This document shows, piece after piece, positions 21,010-31,845 of a stretch of 64,000 bases of DNA. Source of the stretch: Nitrospirales bacterium (GTDB lineage: Bacteria > Nitrospirota > Nitrospiria > Nitrospirales > UBA8639); contig OY820905.2 in NCBI GenBank assembly GCA_963555755.3, positions 2,624,001 to 2,688,000 on the forward strand, in the 5' to 3' direction. The notes under the pieces were generated by a model, which worked only from the letters and a program-made list of their open reading frames with translations, had not been told where the DNA came from and searched no databases. Position 1 is the first letter of the stretch. Each line of letters opens with the position of its first letter. A program made the position numbers and the translations under genes.

Positions 21010-21426
21010 ATGGAACAGAAAACGAAACATATGGAGTTCATACAAGGTGTAATTAACCGCCTGTCTCAGAACTCCTTTCTTTTAAAAGGGTGGAGTGTGG
21101 TCCTCATATCAGCGCTTTTTGCTTTATCCGCTGGGGATTCCAACCCTGCCTTTATTGTTTTAGCATATATTCCCGCTTTTATTTTTTGGGGTTTAGACGG
21201 GTATTTCCTTCGGGAAGAAAGAAAATTTAGGGCGCTGTACGATCATGTGAGAATTCTTAACGAGGATGAGATTAATTTTTCGATGGATACGTCAGTCGTC
21301 AAGGATCAAGTGAAGGGCTGGTCATCAGCGACCCTTTCAAAAACACTCGTTCCGTTTCATGGTGTTTTAATTGGTGCTATTTTCGTTGTGATGATTTTAA
21401 CTCTTTACCAACAGGGAGAGTCATAA
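21010..21426 (+). CDS. small multi-TM membrane protein, putative TIR-coupled effector
   Basis: HMEFIQGVINRLSQNSFLLKGW then ~3 hydrophobic helices; FWGLDGYFL..ER.FR.LY; between two TIR genes. Confidence 0.75.
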   Translation: MEQKTKHMEFIQGVINRLSQNSFLLKGWSVVLISALFALSAGDSNPAFIVLAYIPAFIFWGLDGYFLREERKFRALYDHVRILNEDEINFSMDTSVVKDQVKGWSSATLSKTLVPFHGVLIGAIFVVMILTLYQQGES

Positions 21427-21921
21427 ATGGCTCGGTGTTTCTACAGTTTTCATTACAAACCAGATGTCAGCCGCGCTTCACAAGTTCGTCAGATTGGCGC
21501 TATCGAAGGGAATAGACCAGCCACTGACAATGACTGGGAAACGATAACCAGGGGAGGGGATGCTGCTATCGAGAGATGGATAGCAGATCAAATGAAATAC
21601 CGATCATGCACAATTGTTCTTGTTGGCAGTAATACAGCCAATCGAAAATGGATAAACTACGAGATCAGTGAATCTTGGAATGCTGAAATGGGCTTAGTTG
21701 GCATTCGGATACACGGCCTTAAAAACTTTGACCAACAAATTTCCACAATGGGGGGCAACCCGTTTGACTACGTTACATTTAAAGGATCGGGGAAAAAATT
21801 TTCTTCATTAGTGAAGTGTTACAACCCAGGAGGCACGACAAGTAAAGAACGGTATGCGTGGATTTCACAGCATTTAGCTAATGCAGTGGATGAGGCTATC
21901 AAGATCAGAAAAGAAAATTAG
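21427..21921 (+). CDS. ThsB-like TIR (DUF1863/MTH538-like) protein
   Basis: CFYSFHY, SCTIVLVG..TANRKWINYEI..SW, GIRIHGLK. Confidence 0.88.
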   Translation: MARCFYSFHYKPDVSRASQVRQIGAIEGNRPATDNDWETITRGGDAAIERWIADQMKYRSCTIVLVGSNTANRKWINYEISESWNAEMGLVGIRIHGLKNFDQQISTMGGNPFDYVTFKGSGKKFSSLVKCYNPGGTTSKERYAWISQHLANAVDEAIKIRKEN

Positions 21922-22175
21922 AGTGATAAGTGGGTATTTTCGCCTATCCCCTCCATGTAATTTGCCACGCTATTTGGCGTGGTTTCTGACTCGATAAATG
22001 ACACCCTCACGATCGTGGAATTGAGAGGGGACATACTGTTAGATAAATGGAGAAGTTATGAGGTGACAATTATCTTGAAAGATTACAAAGCTTTAGAATT
22101 TTCATTAATTAAAGTGATAATGTATCTTACGGAAATTATGAGGAGGGATTAATTTCCAGTTTTCACACCCCTAAT

Positions 22176-23410
22176 CTATAGTCCCGGCCATGTCGCCGTG
22201 CATTGTGCTGTGCTCGCGGTTGTAGTGATGCCGTCATCGATGTCAGTGTCGGGGACTTGAACGGAGGAAGAACCTCTTATGCCTGTATCGGTCACTGTTG
22301 TTCCCCCAACAGCAGCAGTCGCAATTGCAAACGATACAACAGAACTATGCTGGACAAAACCTGTACTCTCTACATTAGCCGAGAATCCAGGGCTGGATTT
22401 AAAATCCGTACGAGTATAAACCACACCGCCCTGCATTCTTGCAAAACATTGTACGGTGCCAATAACGGCTTGTGTCACGGATATCTCACATGAAATTTCG
22501 GTTCCATCCGGGATGAACACACCGTCAATCGTTTGGCCGCCCCCACCTCCGAATACTTTCCAGGCCGGGACGGGGTTGCCATTGCTATCGAGGTCGCCAG
22601 CTGACGCGCAAAATTCCATGGCGTCGAGTGTTGGGTTATATCGCGTTGCACCTATATTGGCGGTAGTGCATTGCGTTGGTGTGGCCGGATCATCAACAGC
22701 GCGCATTGTACCAACAACATCAAGGGAAGATTGCGGGGTCGTCGTCCCGATCCCGACATTGCCGTCTGAAGCAATGCGCATCCTTTCATTGGCTTCTCTA
22801 GAAAAACCTCCCGTCGTAAAGCGTATAGTTCCGTTGGAATCAGCCGCCGTAATTTGCAAATTATCACTGGAACCGGATTGAGGTGCATATATCATCACTG
22901 TATTGTCCAAATAAGCATTTGAAGATTCCGGGTAGCCATAAAAACCTAGGCTGGTACGTTCTGAAGACCCTTCCAGGGTAATCCTGGCACCCAAGGTAGA
23001 TGGATCACCTGGAACAGAATTTGTCTCCTGACGAATATCCAGTCGTGTTTGCGGATTCGCCGTCCCGATCCCGACAAAGCCATCTTCCACAATGGTCATA
23101 CGAGTCTGGTTATCTGTTATAAAACTAAGACGATCGTGGCGGACGGCACCAAATTGAATCTCTGGGCCATTATATGACCATTGAGCGAACGTAGTAGGGT
23201 TTCCAATCCGGCTTAAAGCAATAGTACTATTTGTATTACCGTAAACATTAAGTGTTCCCAGAGGCATATCCGTCCCGATCCCAACATTGCCGGGATTTAA
23301 ATTATAGATATTCGCAGGATCAGCAGGAGAGGCCGCCCACCAACTATCCGTGTCACCAGAATCAACCAATGTAAAAGCCATATGGTCATCGGAAAATTCT
23401 GTGTTTTGTA
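22176..23410 (-). pseudogene. tail-fibre-like/adhesin repeat protein, 5' truncated by IS1595
   Basis: Repeated G(N/F)VGIGT..P...L.V and ERMRI motifs; N-terminus replaced by IS sequence. Confidence 0.65.
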
Positions 23411-24398
23411 CCTGCATACCGGCTTGACTCCAGTTGCCCCACTATGTAGTGTTTTGCGACATGGTGAGTTACCCCAAGGACATGGCCGATCTGATGACCC
23501 GTTTTTTTACTGAGGAGGCCTGTCGCACCCATATTGAGAAGCTTCGATGGCCAGACGGGTATACCTGTGTGAAATGTGGGAATCAAAAGAGGTGGAAAAC
23601 CAAGCGAGGGTTGTCGATGTGCTCCAGCTGTCAATATCAGCAGTCACCCTTGGCCGGAACGATTTTTCAAGATTCTCGTATCCCGTTGCGCATTTGGTTT
23701 CAGGCAATCTGGTGGTTTACAAGCCAGAAAAATGGAGCGAGCGCTCAAACGTTGCAAAGGGTGTTGGGGATGAGCGGTCACGAGCCTGCGTGGCTCATGC
23801 TTCATAAATTACGGGTTGCGATGGGTCGCCCCTCCCGCAACCGTCTTGCCGGGCAAGTTGAAGTGGATGAAGCCTATTTGGGTGGAGAAGGAAACAAGCA
23901 ACTTGTTGGCGTTGCCGTGGAAATCAAAGACAAAGGAAGTGGGCGAATGCGAATGCAAACGCTTAAGGGCCGGACGAGCGCGGATGTCAAGAATTTCGTT
24001 CAGCAGCATGTTGAGCCTGGCAGTACGATTATAACCGACGGACTCACAAGTTATTGCTGTCTGGCAGACGAAGGGTATGCGCACAAACCAATGCGAAAGC
24101 CCGATGTTGGGGGAAATCACGACCCAGACGCGGACAACCTGTTGCCACGAGTCCACCGTGCCATTTCACTGGTGAAACGTTGGCTACTGGGCACATACCA
24201 GGGACGCCTTGATCATAAGTACCTCGACGCCTACCTGAATGAATTTATCTTTCGATTCAATCGTCGGACCTCGCGCTCTCGGGGCCTCTTGTTTCATCGA
24301 CTCCTGGAAAATGCTATCGCAGTCGACCCGGCTCCGCTCCAAAAAATTCAGAGGACCCACAAAATCTAGTAGCAACTGGAGTTAAGCCGGTATGCAGG
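23411..24398 (+). mobile_element. IS1595-family element A, copy 2 (transposase ~23461-24369)
   Basis: IR CCTGCATACCGGCTT(G/A)ACTCCAGTTGC; EVDE, TDG, YLNEFIFRFNRR. Confidence 0.95.
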
Positions 24399-24539
24399 GA
24401 CACGGGGCAAGTTGGTGGCCGTATCGTCACCAATGTTCGCACTTGACATCCAGTTACATCTGTCACGTTCAACAGCCAGTCCGTCGTACAGTTGGACTGG
24501 ACGGCATAAAAGTACAAAGTGATTCCTGTTGATTGACCA

Positions 24540-24743
24540 CTATACATTTCCGTTCGAATCCGTCTCCTGGGGAATAGGAATTTTAAAAGCCCTTTTTGAC
24601 TGAACCGAAGGTTTCACTGATTGACGTTTTCGGCCAATTCGAGGGGTCTGGGCCGTGGGGGACGGAGGAGGAGGAATCGTGAGGGGGGCCACTATAGGAG
24701 GTGTGGGCTGTACTTTCGGCTTTGGTGAGCTAAAAAGGCACAT
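24540..24743 (-). CDS. T7-like podophage small virion/tail-assembly protein
   Basis: MCLFSSPKPK.. Pro-rich N-terminus; position downstream of the exonuclease. Confidence 0.55.
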   Translation of the reverse strand: MCLFSSPKPKVQPTPPIVAPLTIPPPPSPTAQTPRIGRKRQSVKPSVQSKRAFKIPIPQETDSNGNV

Positions 24744-24750
24744 GGGTACA

Positions 24751-24945
24751 TTACTCCATCGTTCCTGATACTTGGTGAGTGAGAAATTTCACGACCCGTG
24801 CTTCCCCTACCGCAATCCACACATCACGGTCTGTCATAGCGGGGACAGGACACCGGTCTGGAAAAAGGAGCGCAAGGCGTTCAACGAGGTCCTGTGAAAC
24901 CACTGGAAAGGCGTCTGACGGTTTAATCATAGGTTGAAGTTTCAT
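24751..24945 (-). CDS. podophage conserved small protein
   Basis: LVERLALLFPDRCP....DRDVWIAVG..RVVKFL; synteny with the exonuclease. Confidence 0.55.
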   Translation of the reverse strand: MKLQPMIKPSDAFPVVSQDLVERLALLFPDRCPVPAMTDRDVWIAVGEARVVKFLTHQVSGTME

Positions 24946-24998
24946 GGTTATTTTGCCTTTTCTTATTAAGAATGGGTATAAACTGTTTTATCATATAT

Positions 24999-25569
24999 TC
25001 AAGGAGGGAGCCAGAGATTGACCGTTCTTGTTGTGGTGTTATAATCACCATGGCGCAGTATTCGAGCGCACCTGGCTTGTGGTAACGCCTCCTCTTTTGA
25101 GAGACCAGCAGTGCCAAAAGCACCTATTACAACCGGCCACATGGCAATGTATGAGGGATCAACTGACCCTAATATCCTCGCCGCCTTTTTTGGCCCTACT
25201 CCAGGACAACCAGGATACCCATCACACGAGTCCCCAGTTAACGTCTGAACCATGTGCGCATAGTCGGCTTCCGGCTCTGTCACAATCTGAACACCGTCCT
25301 TAGGCCGCCGAAAGTTGTAGTAACGCCCTGGAATTGTTAAGAAGTCTTTGTCAACGGACACAATGATACGTTCCTCGTCTATTGGCACTGGTCTTGTAGA
25401 TAAGATTCCAAGAACATCATCACCCTCTAGAGAGTCCATCTCTTGAGTCGTGTAATATTCCTTAAGGAACTCTCGCAGTTCTGTATAACATAGGGGTTTC
25501 CGTACTTTCCGGTTCCGTTTATACGCAGGATAGACGCGATCTTGACGGAAGTTACCCTGCATGGACTTG
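24999..25569 (-). pseudogene. T7 gp6-like 5'-3' exonuclease, 5' truncated by IS1595
   Basis: NFR..VYPAYKRNR, LEGDDVLGI, SVDKD, LTGDSCDGYPGCPGVG, QARCARILR. Confidence 0.88.
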
Positions 25570-26557
25570 CCTGCATACCGGCTTAACTCCAGTTGCCCCA
25601 CTATGTAGTGTTTTGCGACATGGTGAGTTACCCCAAGGACATGGCCGATCTGATGACCCGTTTTTTTACTGAGGAGGCCTGTCGCACCCATATTGAGAAG
25701 CTTCGATGGCCAGACGGGTATACCTGTGTGAAATGTGGGAATCAAAAGAGGTGGAAAACCAAGCGAGGGTTGTCGATGTGCTCCAGCTGTCAATATCAGC
25801 AGTCACCCTTGGCCGGAACGATTTTTCAAGATTCTCGTATCCCGTTGCGCATTTGGTTTCAGGCAATCTGGTGGTTTACAAGCCAGAAAAATGGAGCGAG
25901 CGCTCAAACGTTGCAAAGGGTGTTGGGGATGAGCGGTCACGAGCCTGCGTGGCTCATGCTTCATAAATTACGGGTTGCGATGGGTCGCCCCTCCCGCAAC
26001 CGTCTTGCCGGGCAAGTTGAAGTGGATGAAGCCTATTTGGGTGGAGAAGGAAACAAGCAACTTGTTGGCGTTGCCGTGGAAATCAAAGACAAAGGAAGTG
26101 GGCGAATGCGAATGCAAACGCTTAAGGGCCGGACGAGCGCGGATGTCAAGAATTTCGTTCAGCAGCATGTTGAGCCTGGCAGTACGATTATAACCGACGG
26201 ACTCACAAGTTATTGCTGTCTGGCAGACGAAGGGTATGCGCACAAACCAATGCGAAAGCCCGATGTTGGGGGAAATCACGACCCAGACGCGGACAACCTG
26301 TTGCCACGAGTCCACCGTGCCATTTCACTGGTGAAACGTTGGCTACTGGGCACATACCAGGGACGCCTTGATCATAAGTACCTCGACGCCTACCTGAATG
26401 AATTTATCTTTCGATTCAATCGTCGGACCTCGCGCTCTCGGGGCCTCTTGTTTCATCGACTCCTGGAAAATGCTATCGCAGTCGACCCGGCTCCGCTCCA
26501 AAAAATTCAGAGGACCCACAAAATCTAGTAGCAACTGGAGTTAAGCCGGTATGCAGG
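25570..26557 (+). mobile_element. IS1595-family element A, copy 3
   Basis: Same transposase as copy 2; left IR carries the right-IR variant base (TTAACTCC). Confidence 0.95.
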
Positions 26558-26610
26558 CCCGTGTCGGCGGATGCGGTGACGAGCGACTCCATATTGGCTG
26601 CAATGCTCTG

Positions 26611-26667
26611 TGAGGTCTTTGGTACTTTCCGGTTCAGTCAAAAAGGGCTTTTAAAATTCCTATTCCC
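26611..26667 (+). mobile_element. isolated IS91/ISCR oriIS end (57 bp)
   Basis: TGAGGTCTTTGG...GGGCTTTTAAAATTCCTATTCCC, matching the ends at 42844, 52329 and 54813. Confidence 0.88.
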
Positions 26668-26763
26668 CTACACGTGCGCGTGTGGGCGTCATACTGAAAA
26701 TGCTGGTACTAGTGGTACTAGTGGACCATCGGCCCGCCGTCGTGGCGCCGGTTCGGGAAGGGC

Positions 26764-27279
26764 GTGAGGTACATCCTGACCGCGGAAGGCGGGCGAGCTG
26801 GCCGGCATCGGATCGCGGTCGGGAAGCAAGGCGCGGCCGGGCGGCTGATTACCGGGATCGAGTACGTGCTCGGTTCCCGGTATCTCGGCGAGCGTGGCGT
26901 GGCCCCTGACTTGCGGCCAGCTCGCGGGAAGGGCGGACCCGGCGCGGTGCTGACCTTGCCGTTGCCGGTGGTGGCGGCGCTGATGGGCGAAAGCGATCCG
27001 ATCGCAGACAAGCCGACATGGCGCCGGGTGGACCGCGCCATTGAGACCGCGCGACCGCAGTACGAGTCCGGACCCGGGCGCCACGACACGGCGCCGGCCG
27101 GTGATTCGGTGGAAATCATCGGCAGGACCCGCGGGAGCCGGGCGCATCCCGCGGCGTTGCGGGTGCGCGCTTCGGCCCGGTTCGTCGAGGCGGCGCGGCG
27201 GGCGCAGTTGGCCGGCGGAAAGGGATTCGAGACGGTGACGCTTGCGGACTGGCTTGGGCTCGACCTGGACGCGCAATAG
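26764..27279 (+). CDS. hypothetical protein, possibly the C-terminus of a replication protein
   Basis: GC-rich ORF ending directly at iteron-like repeats; probably 5' truncated. Confidence 0.35.
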   Translation: MRYILTAEGGRAGRHRIAVGKQGAAGRLITGIEYVLGSRYLGERGVAPDLRPARGKGGPGAVLTLPLPVVAALMGESDPIADKPTWRRVDRAIETARPQYESGPGRHDTAPAGDSVEIIGRTRGSRAHPAALRVRASARFVEAARRAQLAGGKGFETVTLADWLGLDLDAQ

Positions 27280-27408
27280 GCCGGTACCCTATCCGCAATA
27301 GGCCGGTACCCTAACTCGCCCCCGAAAGCGCGGAATATGCTGCTATACAAGCGTGAAGTGCTCGGCGGCGACCCTCACCTATGGATCCCTATGGATCCCT
27401 ACTGGATC
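27272..27408. repeat. iteron-like direct repeats
   Basis: CGCAATAGGCCGGTACCCTA x2 (22-bp period) and CCTATGGATC x3 (third imperfect) at 27378-27408. Confidence 0.65.
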
Positions 27409-27535
27409 GGCGGCACTTTGAAGGCACCCGCCGTCCAGAAAAAGCGACAAGCAACCCCGCGCCGGAAACACCCGATAGCGTCGGCGCGACACCCTGACCC
27501 CGGCCCGCACAGGCAACCTCGCGAGCCTGGGAGCG

Positions 27536-28450
27536 ATGCTATGGTTTGCGGCGGCCAAGAGTGCGGCGGCTGGTATACTGTCAGCTCGTGCCGGACGACA
27601 GGGCTCCTCACAGCACGGTACGGGCTTCCCCATGGCGAAACAGCGAAGGCCGCGAGTCTGCCGGGAGCACCACCGACCCGATCGCAAGTGCATGGCGATG
27701 GCGGCACCTGGAAGCGACCGGTGCGCCCTTCACCACCTGGAGGCCTTCACGCAGCAACGGGCTCTCAACCGCCGCCGCCGGTTGTGCGGATGCGGCGCTC
27801 AACCGGACCCCGGATACCGTACGTGCGCTTGGTGCCGGGTTTGGGCGTCGTGGGCGAAGCGACGCCAGCGCAACCCCGCGCTGCGCTTGGATTACCGCAC
27901 GACCCGGTTCGTTGCTGGCTGCGCCGACCACGGCAACGCGGCTCGGGCGGCTCGGGAAGCGAAATTAGGGACCGGCCTGGGGGCGAGGCGGGTTGGGTAC
28001 TGTCTTCTGCAGAAGCCTCACGTACGCGCTGCTATTGCGGACCTGAAAGCCGCCATCCTCAACCGCGCTCACCAGCGAGCCGAGGACGAGGAGCGGGCGG
28101 CGGCACTCGCCCGCGAAGCCGAGCTCGACCGCCTGGCGCGCCTCGAACTGACCGCGCTGCTCGAAATCGAGGAAGCCGAACGCGAGCTCAAAATGCTCAT
28201 GCGGATGCATCACGAAGTCATAGCCGGCGGAAGGCGGCACCGCGTAGGCTCGCAAGGCGGCGCACAATCGCGGCTCGCGCGTGTCTGTCGGCAGCTCCGA
28301 GGCGAGCCTGCACACCGTGAGCCGGGCCGGTGTTGTTGCGGCCAGCTGGCTACGTCGCCCCGAGGCGCGTCATGCGACTACTGCCGGGAACGAAACCGTC
28401 ACTACCGGCGGCGGTATCGGGCTACGGTCCGGCGGCTTCGAGCCGTCTAG
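27536..28450 (+). CDS. Cys/His-rich protein with terminase-small-subunit-like HTH (start probably ~27632)
   Basis: RFVAG..DHGNAARAAREA..G..ARRVGYCLLQKPHVRAAI resembles a TerS N-terminus; several CxxC motifs. Confidence 0.5.
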   Translation: MLWFAAAKSAAAGILSARAGRQGSSQHGTGFPMAKQRRPRVCREHHRPDRKCMAMAAPGSDRCALHHLEAFTQQRALNRRRRLCGCGAQPDPGYRTCAWCRVWASWAKRRQRNPALRLDYRTTRFVAGCADHGNAARAAREAKLGTGLGARRVGYCLLQKPHVRAAIADLKAAILNRAHQRAEDEERAAALAREAELDRLARLELTALLEIEEAERELKMLMRMHHEVIAGGRRHRVGSQGGAQSRLARVCRQLRGEPAHREPGRCCCGQLATSPRGASCDYCRERNRHYRRRYRATVRRLRAV

Positions 28451-28773
28451 GAGCCCGCCTGCCCGCGCGCTGATCTAGGGGTAGCCCAGGTATGCCTCGG
28501 TTTCGATGCGTCGATTCTGAACCTTCTCACGGGCTCGGTGAGGCTGCCGCTGGCCGGTTGTGCCGCCATGCCATGGTTCACCCTGCAGATCCGATTCCAC
28601 CGAGCTTAGGCGCGCCCGCGGTCCGCTCGCATGGATGGGGGGGCTCCAAGGTGAAATCGAGGACGAGACCAAGACCGTGTGCCAAGTTTTCGTCGGCAAG
28701 TAAAAATTTTTCTGGAACCGGGCTGGTGGCGCTAGGTGCATAATTGTCGGCCCCTTGCTAGAGGATTTACACC

Positions 28774-29044
28774 CATGAGCAAACTAGAGAACGAGCTGAG
28801 CGTAGAGGCACTGGTGGAGCGACTCTATGCCGCATGTATGGATTGCCTATCGGAGCGAGACCCGGCGACGCTTAATGCTGGCGTCAACCTGGCGGCTCGG
28901 TTAGCCAAGATGCAAGGCTGGGACGCGCTGGACAAATACGAGATCAACAAGCCGAGCGAGTTCGAATCGATGACATCCGAGGAGCGCCGCGCCAAGATTG
29001 TCGAGCTGACCGAGCGAATTAAGGGACGGGACGACGATGCCTAG
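28774..29044 (+). CDS. hypothetical protein resembling a TerS C-terminal region
   Basis: GAGGA RBS; NLAARLAKMQGW..ESMTSEERRAKI. Confidence 0.4.
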
Positions 29045-29402
29045 TACCGCGGCCTGAGCGCCGGGTTCTACCGCCCGCACGTCGCGGCCGTCGGGGAAGC
29101 GCACGACCAGCTCGGCTCCAAGCTCGGGTCTATCCCCGGCCGCGGAGCCCGAGATGACCACCACTCGCGCCGCCATGACAACCGCTCACCAAAGAATCCG
29201 CCACAATAACTCTATGACCCTAAGAGGCTTAAAAGCGGGCGACCAGCCGCCCCGCTTCTAAGCCTTGGCGCGGGTGCGCTCGCCTTGGAGGCGGCACCCC
29301 CGGCCCACGCCTGGCGGACCTACCTTGCAACGTTAGCGAACCCACCAACTCACACCCGAGATAGCGTCGGCGCGACACCCTGACGCTTGGGAGTCCGAGG
29401 GA

Positions 29403-31517
29403 CTATTGGAAAGGGATGACGTAGCGCGTCCAGTACTCCCTGGAGAGCTTCTGTGCTTTCGCGACCTGAGACTGCGTCATGTGTTTGGCGACATGTTCCT
29501 TGACTTCGTTAGCGCTCGACTGGCCCTGCGCGGCAGCGATGTTGAGCCAGGCGTACGCGGTTACGTCATCCTCGGGCACACCCTCGCCGTTGGCGTACAT
29601 GACCCCGAGATTGACCTGCGCGAGGGCGTTGCCCTGCTCGGCGGCGAGGCGGTACCACCGCACCGCCTCGGCGTCGTCCTTGGGCACACCCTTGCCGCTG
29701 GCGTACCTGAACCCGAGGATGGACTGCGCGAGGGCGTTGCCCTGCTCGGCGGCGAGGCGGTACCACCGCACCGCCTCGGCGTCGTCCTTGGGCACACCCT
29801 CGCCGCTGGCGTACATGAGTCCGAGGTTGACTGCGCGAGGGCGTGCGCCTGCTCGCTCGGCGGCGAGGCGGTACCACCGCACCGCCTCGGCGTCGTCCTT
29901 GGGCACACCCTCGCCGCTGGCGTACATGAGTCCGAGGTTGAACTGCGCGAGGGCGTTGCCCTGCTCGGCGGCGAGGCGGAACCACCGCACCGCCTCGGCG
30001 TCGTCCTTGGGCACACCCTTGCCGTTGGCGTACATGAGTCCGAGGTTGGACTGCGCGGCGGCTTCGCCCTGCTCGGCGGCGAGGCGGTACCACCGCACCG
30101 CCTCGGCGTCGTCCTTGGGCACACCCTCGCCGCTGGCGTACATGACCCCGAGATTGGACTGCGCGTGGGCGTCGCCCTGCTCGGCGGCGAGGCGGTACCA
30201 CCGCACCGCCTCGGCGTCGTCCTTGGGCACACCCTCGCCGCTGGCGTACATGACCCCGAGATTGACTGCGCGAGGGCGTTGCCCTGCTCGGCGGCGAGGC
30301 GGTACCACCGCACCGCCTCGGCGTCGTCCTTGGGCACACCCTCGCCGCTGGCGTACATGAGTCCGAGGATGGACTGCGCGAGGGCGTTGCCCTGCTCGGC
30401 GGCGAGGCGGTACCACCGCACCGCCTCGGCGTCGTCCTTGGGCACACCCTCGCCGTTGGCGTACATGAGTCCGAGGTTGGACTGCGCGTGGGCGTCGCCC
30501 TGCTCGGCGGCGAGGCGGTACCACCGCACCGCCTCGGCGTCGTCCTTGGGCACACCCTTGCCGTTGGCGTACATGACCCCGAGATTGAACTGCGCGTGGG
30601 CGTCGCCCTGCTCGGCGGCGAGGCGGTACCACCGCACCGCCTCGGCGTCGTCCTTGGGCACACCCTTGCCGTTGGCGTACATGCCCCCGAGATTGAACTG
30701 CGCGCGGGCGTTGCCCTGCTCGGCGGCGAGGCGGTACCACCGCACCGCCTCGGCGTCGTCCTTGGGCACACCCTTGCCGCTGGCGTATGAGTCCGAACTG
30801 CGCGAGGGCGCTGCTCGGCGGCGAGGCGGTACCACCGCCCTGCTCGGCGGCGAGGCGGGTTGAACCACCGCACCGCCTCGGCGTCGTCCTTGGGCACACC
30901 CTTGCCGTTGGCGTACATGACTGCGCGTGGGCGTCGCCCTGCCCCGAGATTGAACTGCGCGAGGGCGTTGCCCTGCTCGGCGGCGAGGCGGAACCACCGC
31001 ACCGCCTCGGCGTCGTCCTTGGGCACACCCTTGCCGTTGGCGTACATGAGTCCGAGGTTGCGCTGCGCGAGGGCGTTGCGCGGTGGGCGTTGCCCTGCTC
31101 GGCGGCGTGGCGTACATTCGCGACGGCGTTGCCCTGCTCGGCGGCGAGGCGGTACCACCGCACCGCCTCGGCGTCGTCCTTGGGCACGCCCTCGCCGTTG
31201 GCGTACATGAGTCCGAGATTGAACTGCGCGGCGGCGTTGCCCTGCTCGGCGAGGCGGTACCACCGCACCGCCTCGGCGTCGTCCTTGGGCACTTCTCCCT
31301 CGCCGTTGGCGTACATGAATCCGAGATTGAACTGCGCGGCGGCGTTGCCCTGCTCGGCGTAGTTCTGGAATCCAGCAAGGGCGGTGGCATAGTCGCCTCG
31401 CTCATATGCCTCTACCGCTGCATCGAACCTCTGTGCTGCCGCCGGAAGGGTACCTACTGTGACGAGCAGCAGCGCAGCAGCAGCGAAGAGTTGCGTCGTT
31501 AACATTGTCCTCGTCAT
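29403..31517 (-). pseudogene. secreted Sel1-repeat protein with multiple frameshifts
   Basis: Signal peptide; tandem ~108-bp units AQ.NLG.MYA.G.GVPKDDAEAVRWYRLAAEQG spread over all three frames. Confidence 0.88.
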
Positions 31518-31845
31518 GATGATTCCTCAGTAGAGCGGCTTTGCCCGGTGTGTGCGCTCAGGCGGGTCGCCGCCTTGGATGCACGCGGCGAGCTCGTCGA
31601 CGTCGGTCATAGCCGGGTCCAGCCAGGCGGGAACGGCTGGTCCCCAAGGTAGAGCTCACGGTATCGGCTCTCGGTCCAGATCAGGAGTTCGGACTCCCAC
31701 ACGTCGGCTAGGCCGACCGTGCGCCCTGAATTCAGCCCCCTGGACTGCCCATGCCTGTCCCCGAGCGGACATTTCTGAGCGGCCCTGAAACGCAAATCGG
31801 GGCGCGAGGCCCCCGGCTTCCGGTCCCCCCGGTGGTGCGAGCGAC

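Noticed and set aside
24399..24547. Start of T7-like portal gene
   Set aside because: Position fits, but no translation convincingly resembles a portal.
29560..31370. CRISPR array
   Set aside because: Units are ~108-bp coding Sel1 repeats without unique spacers; no cas genes.
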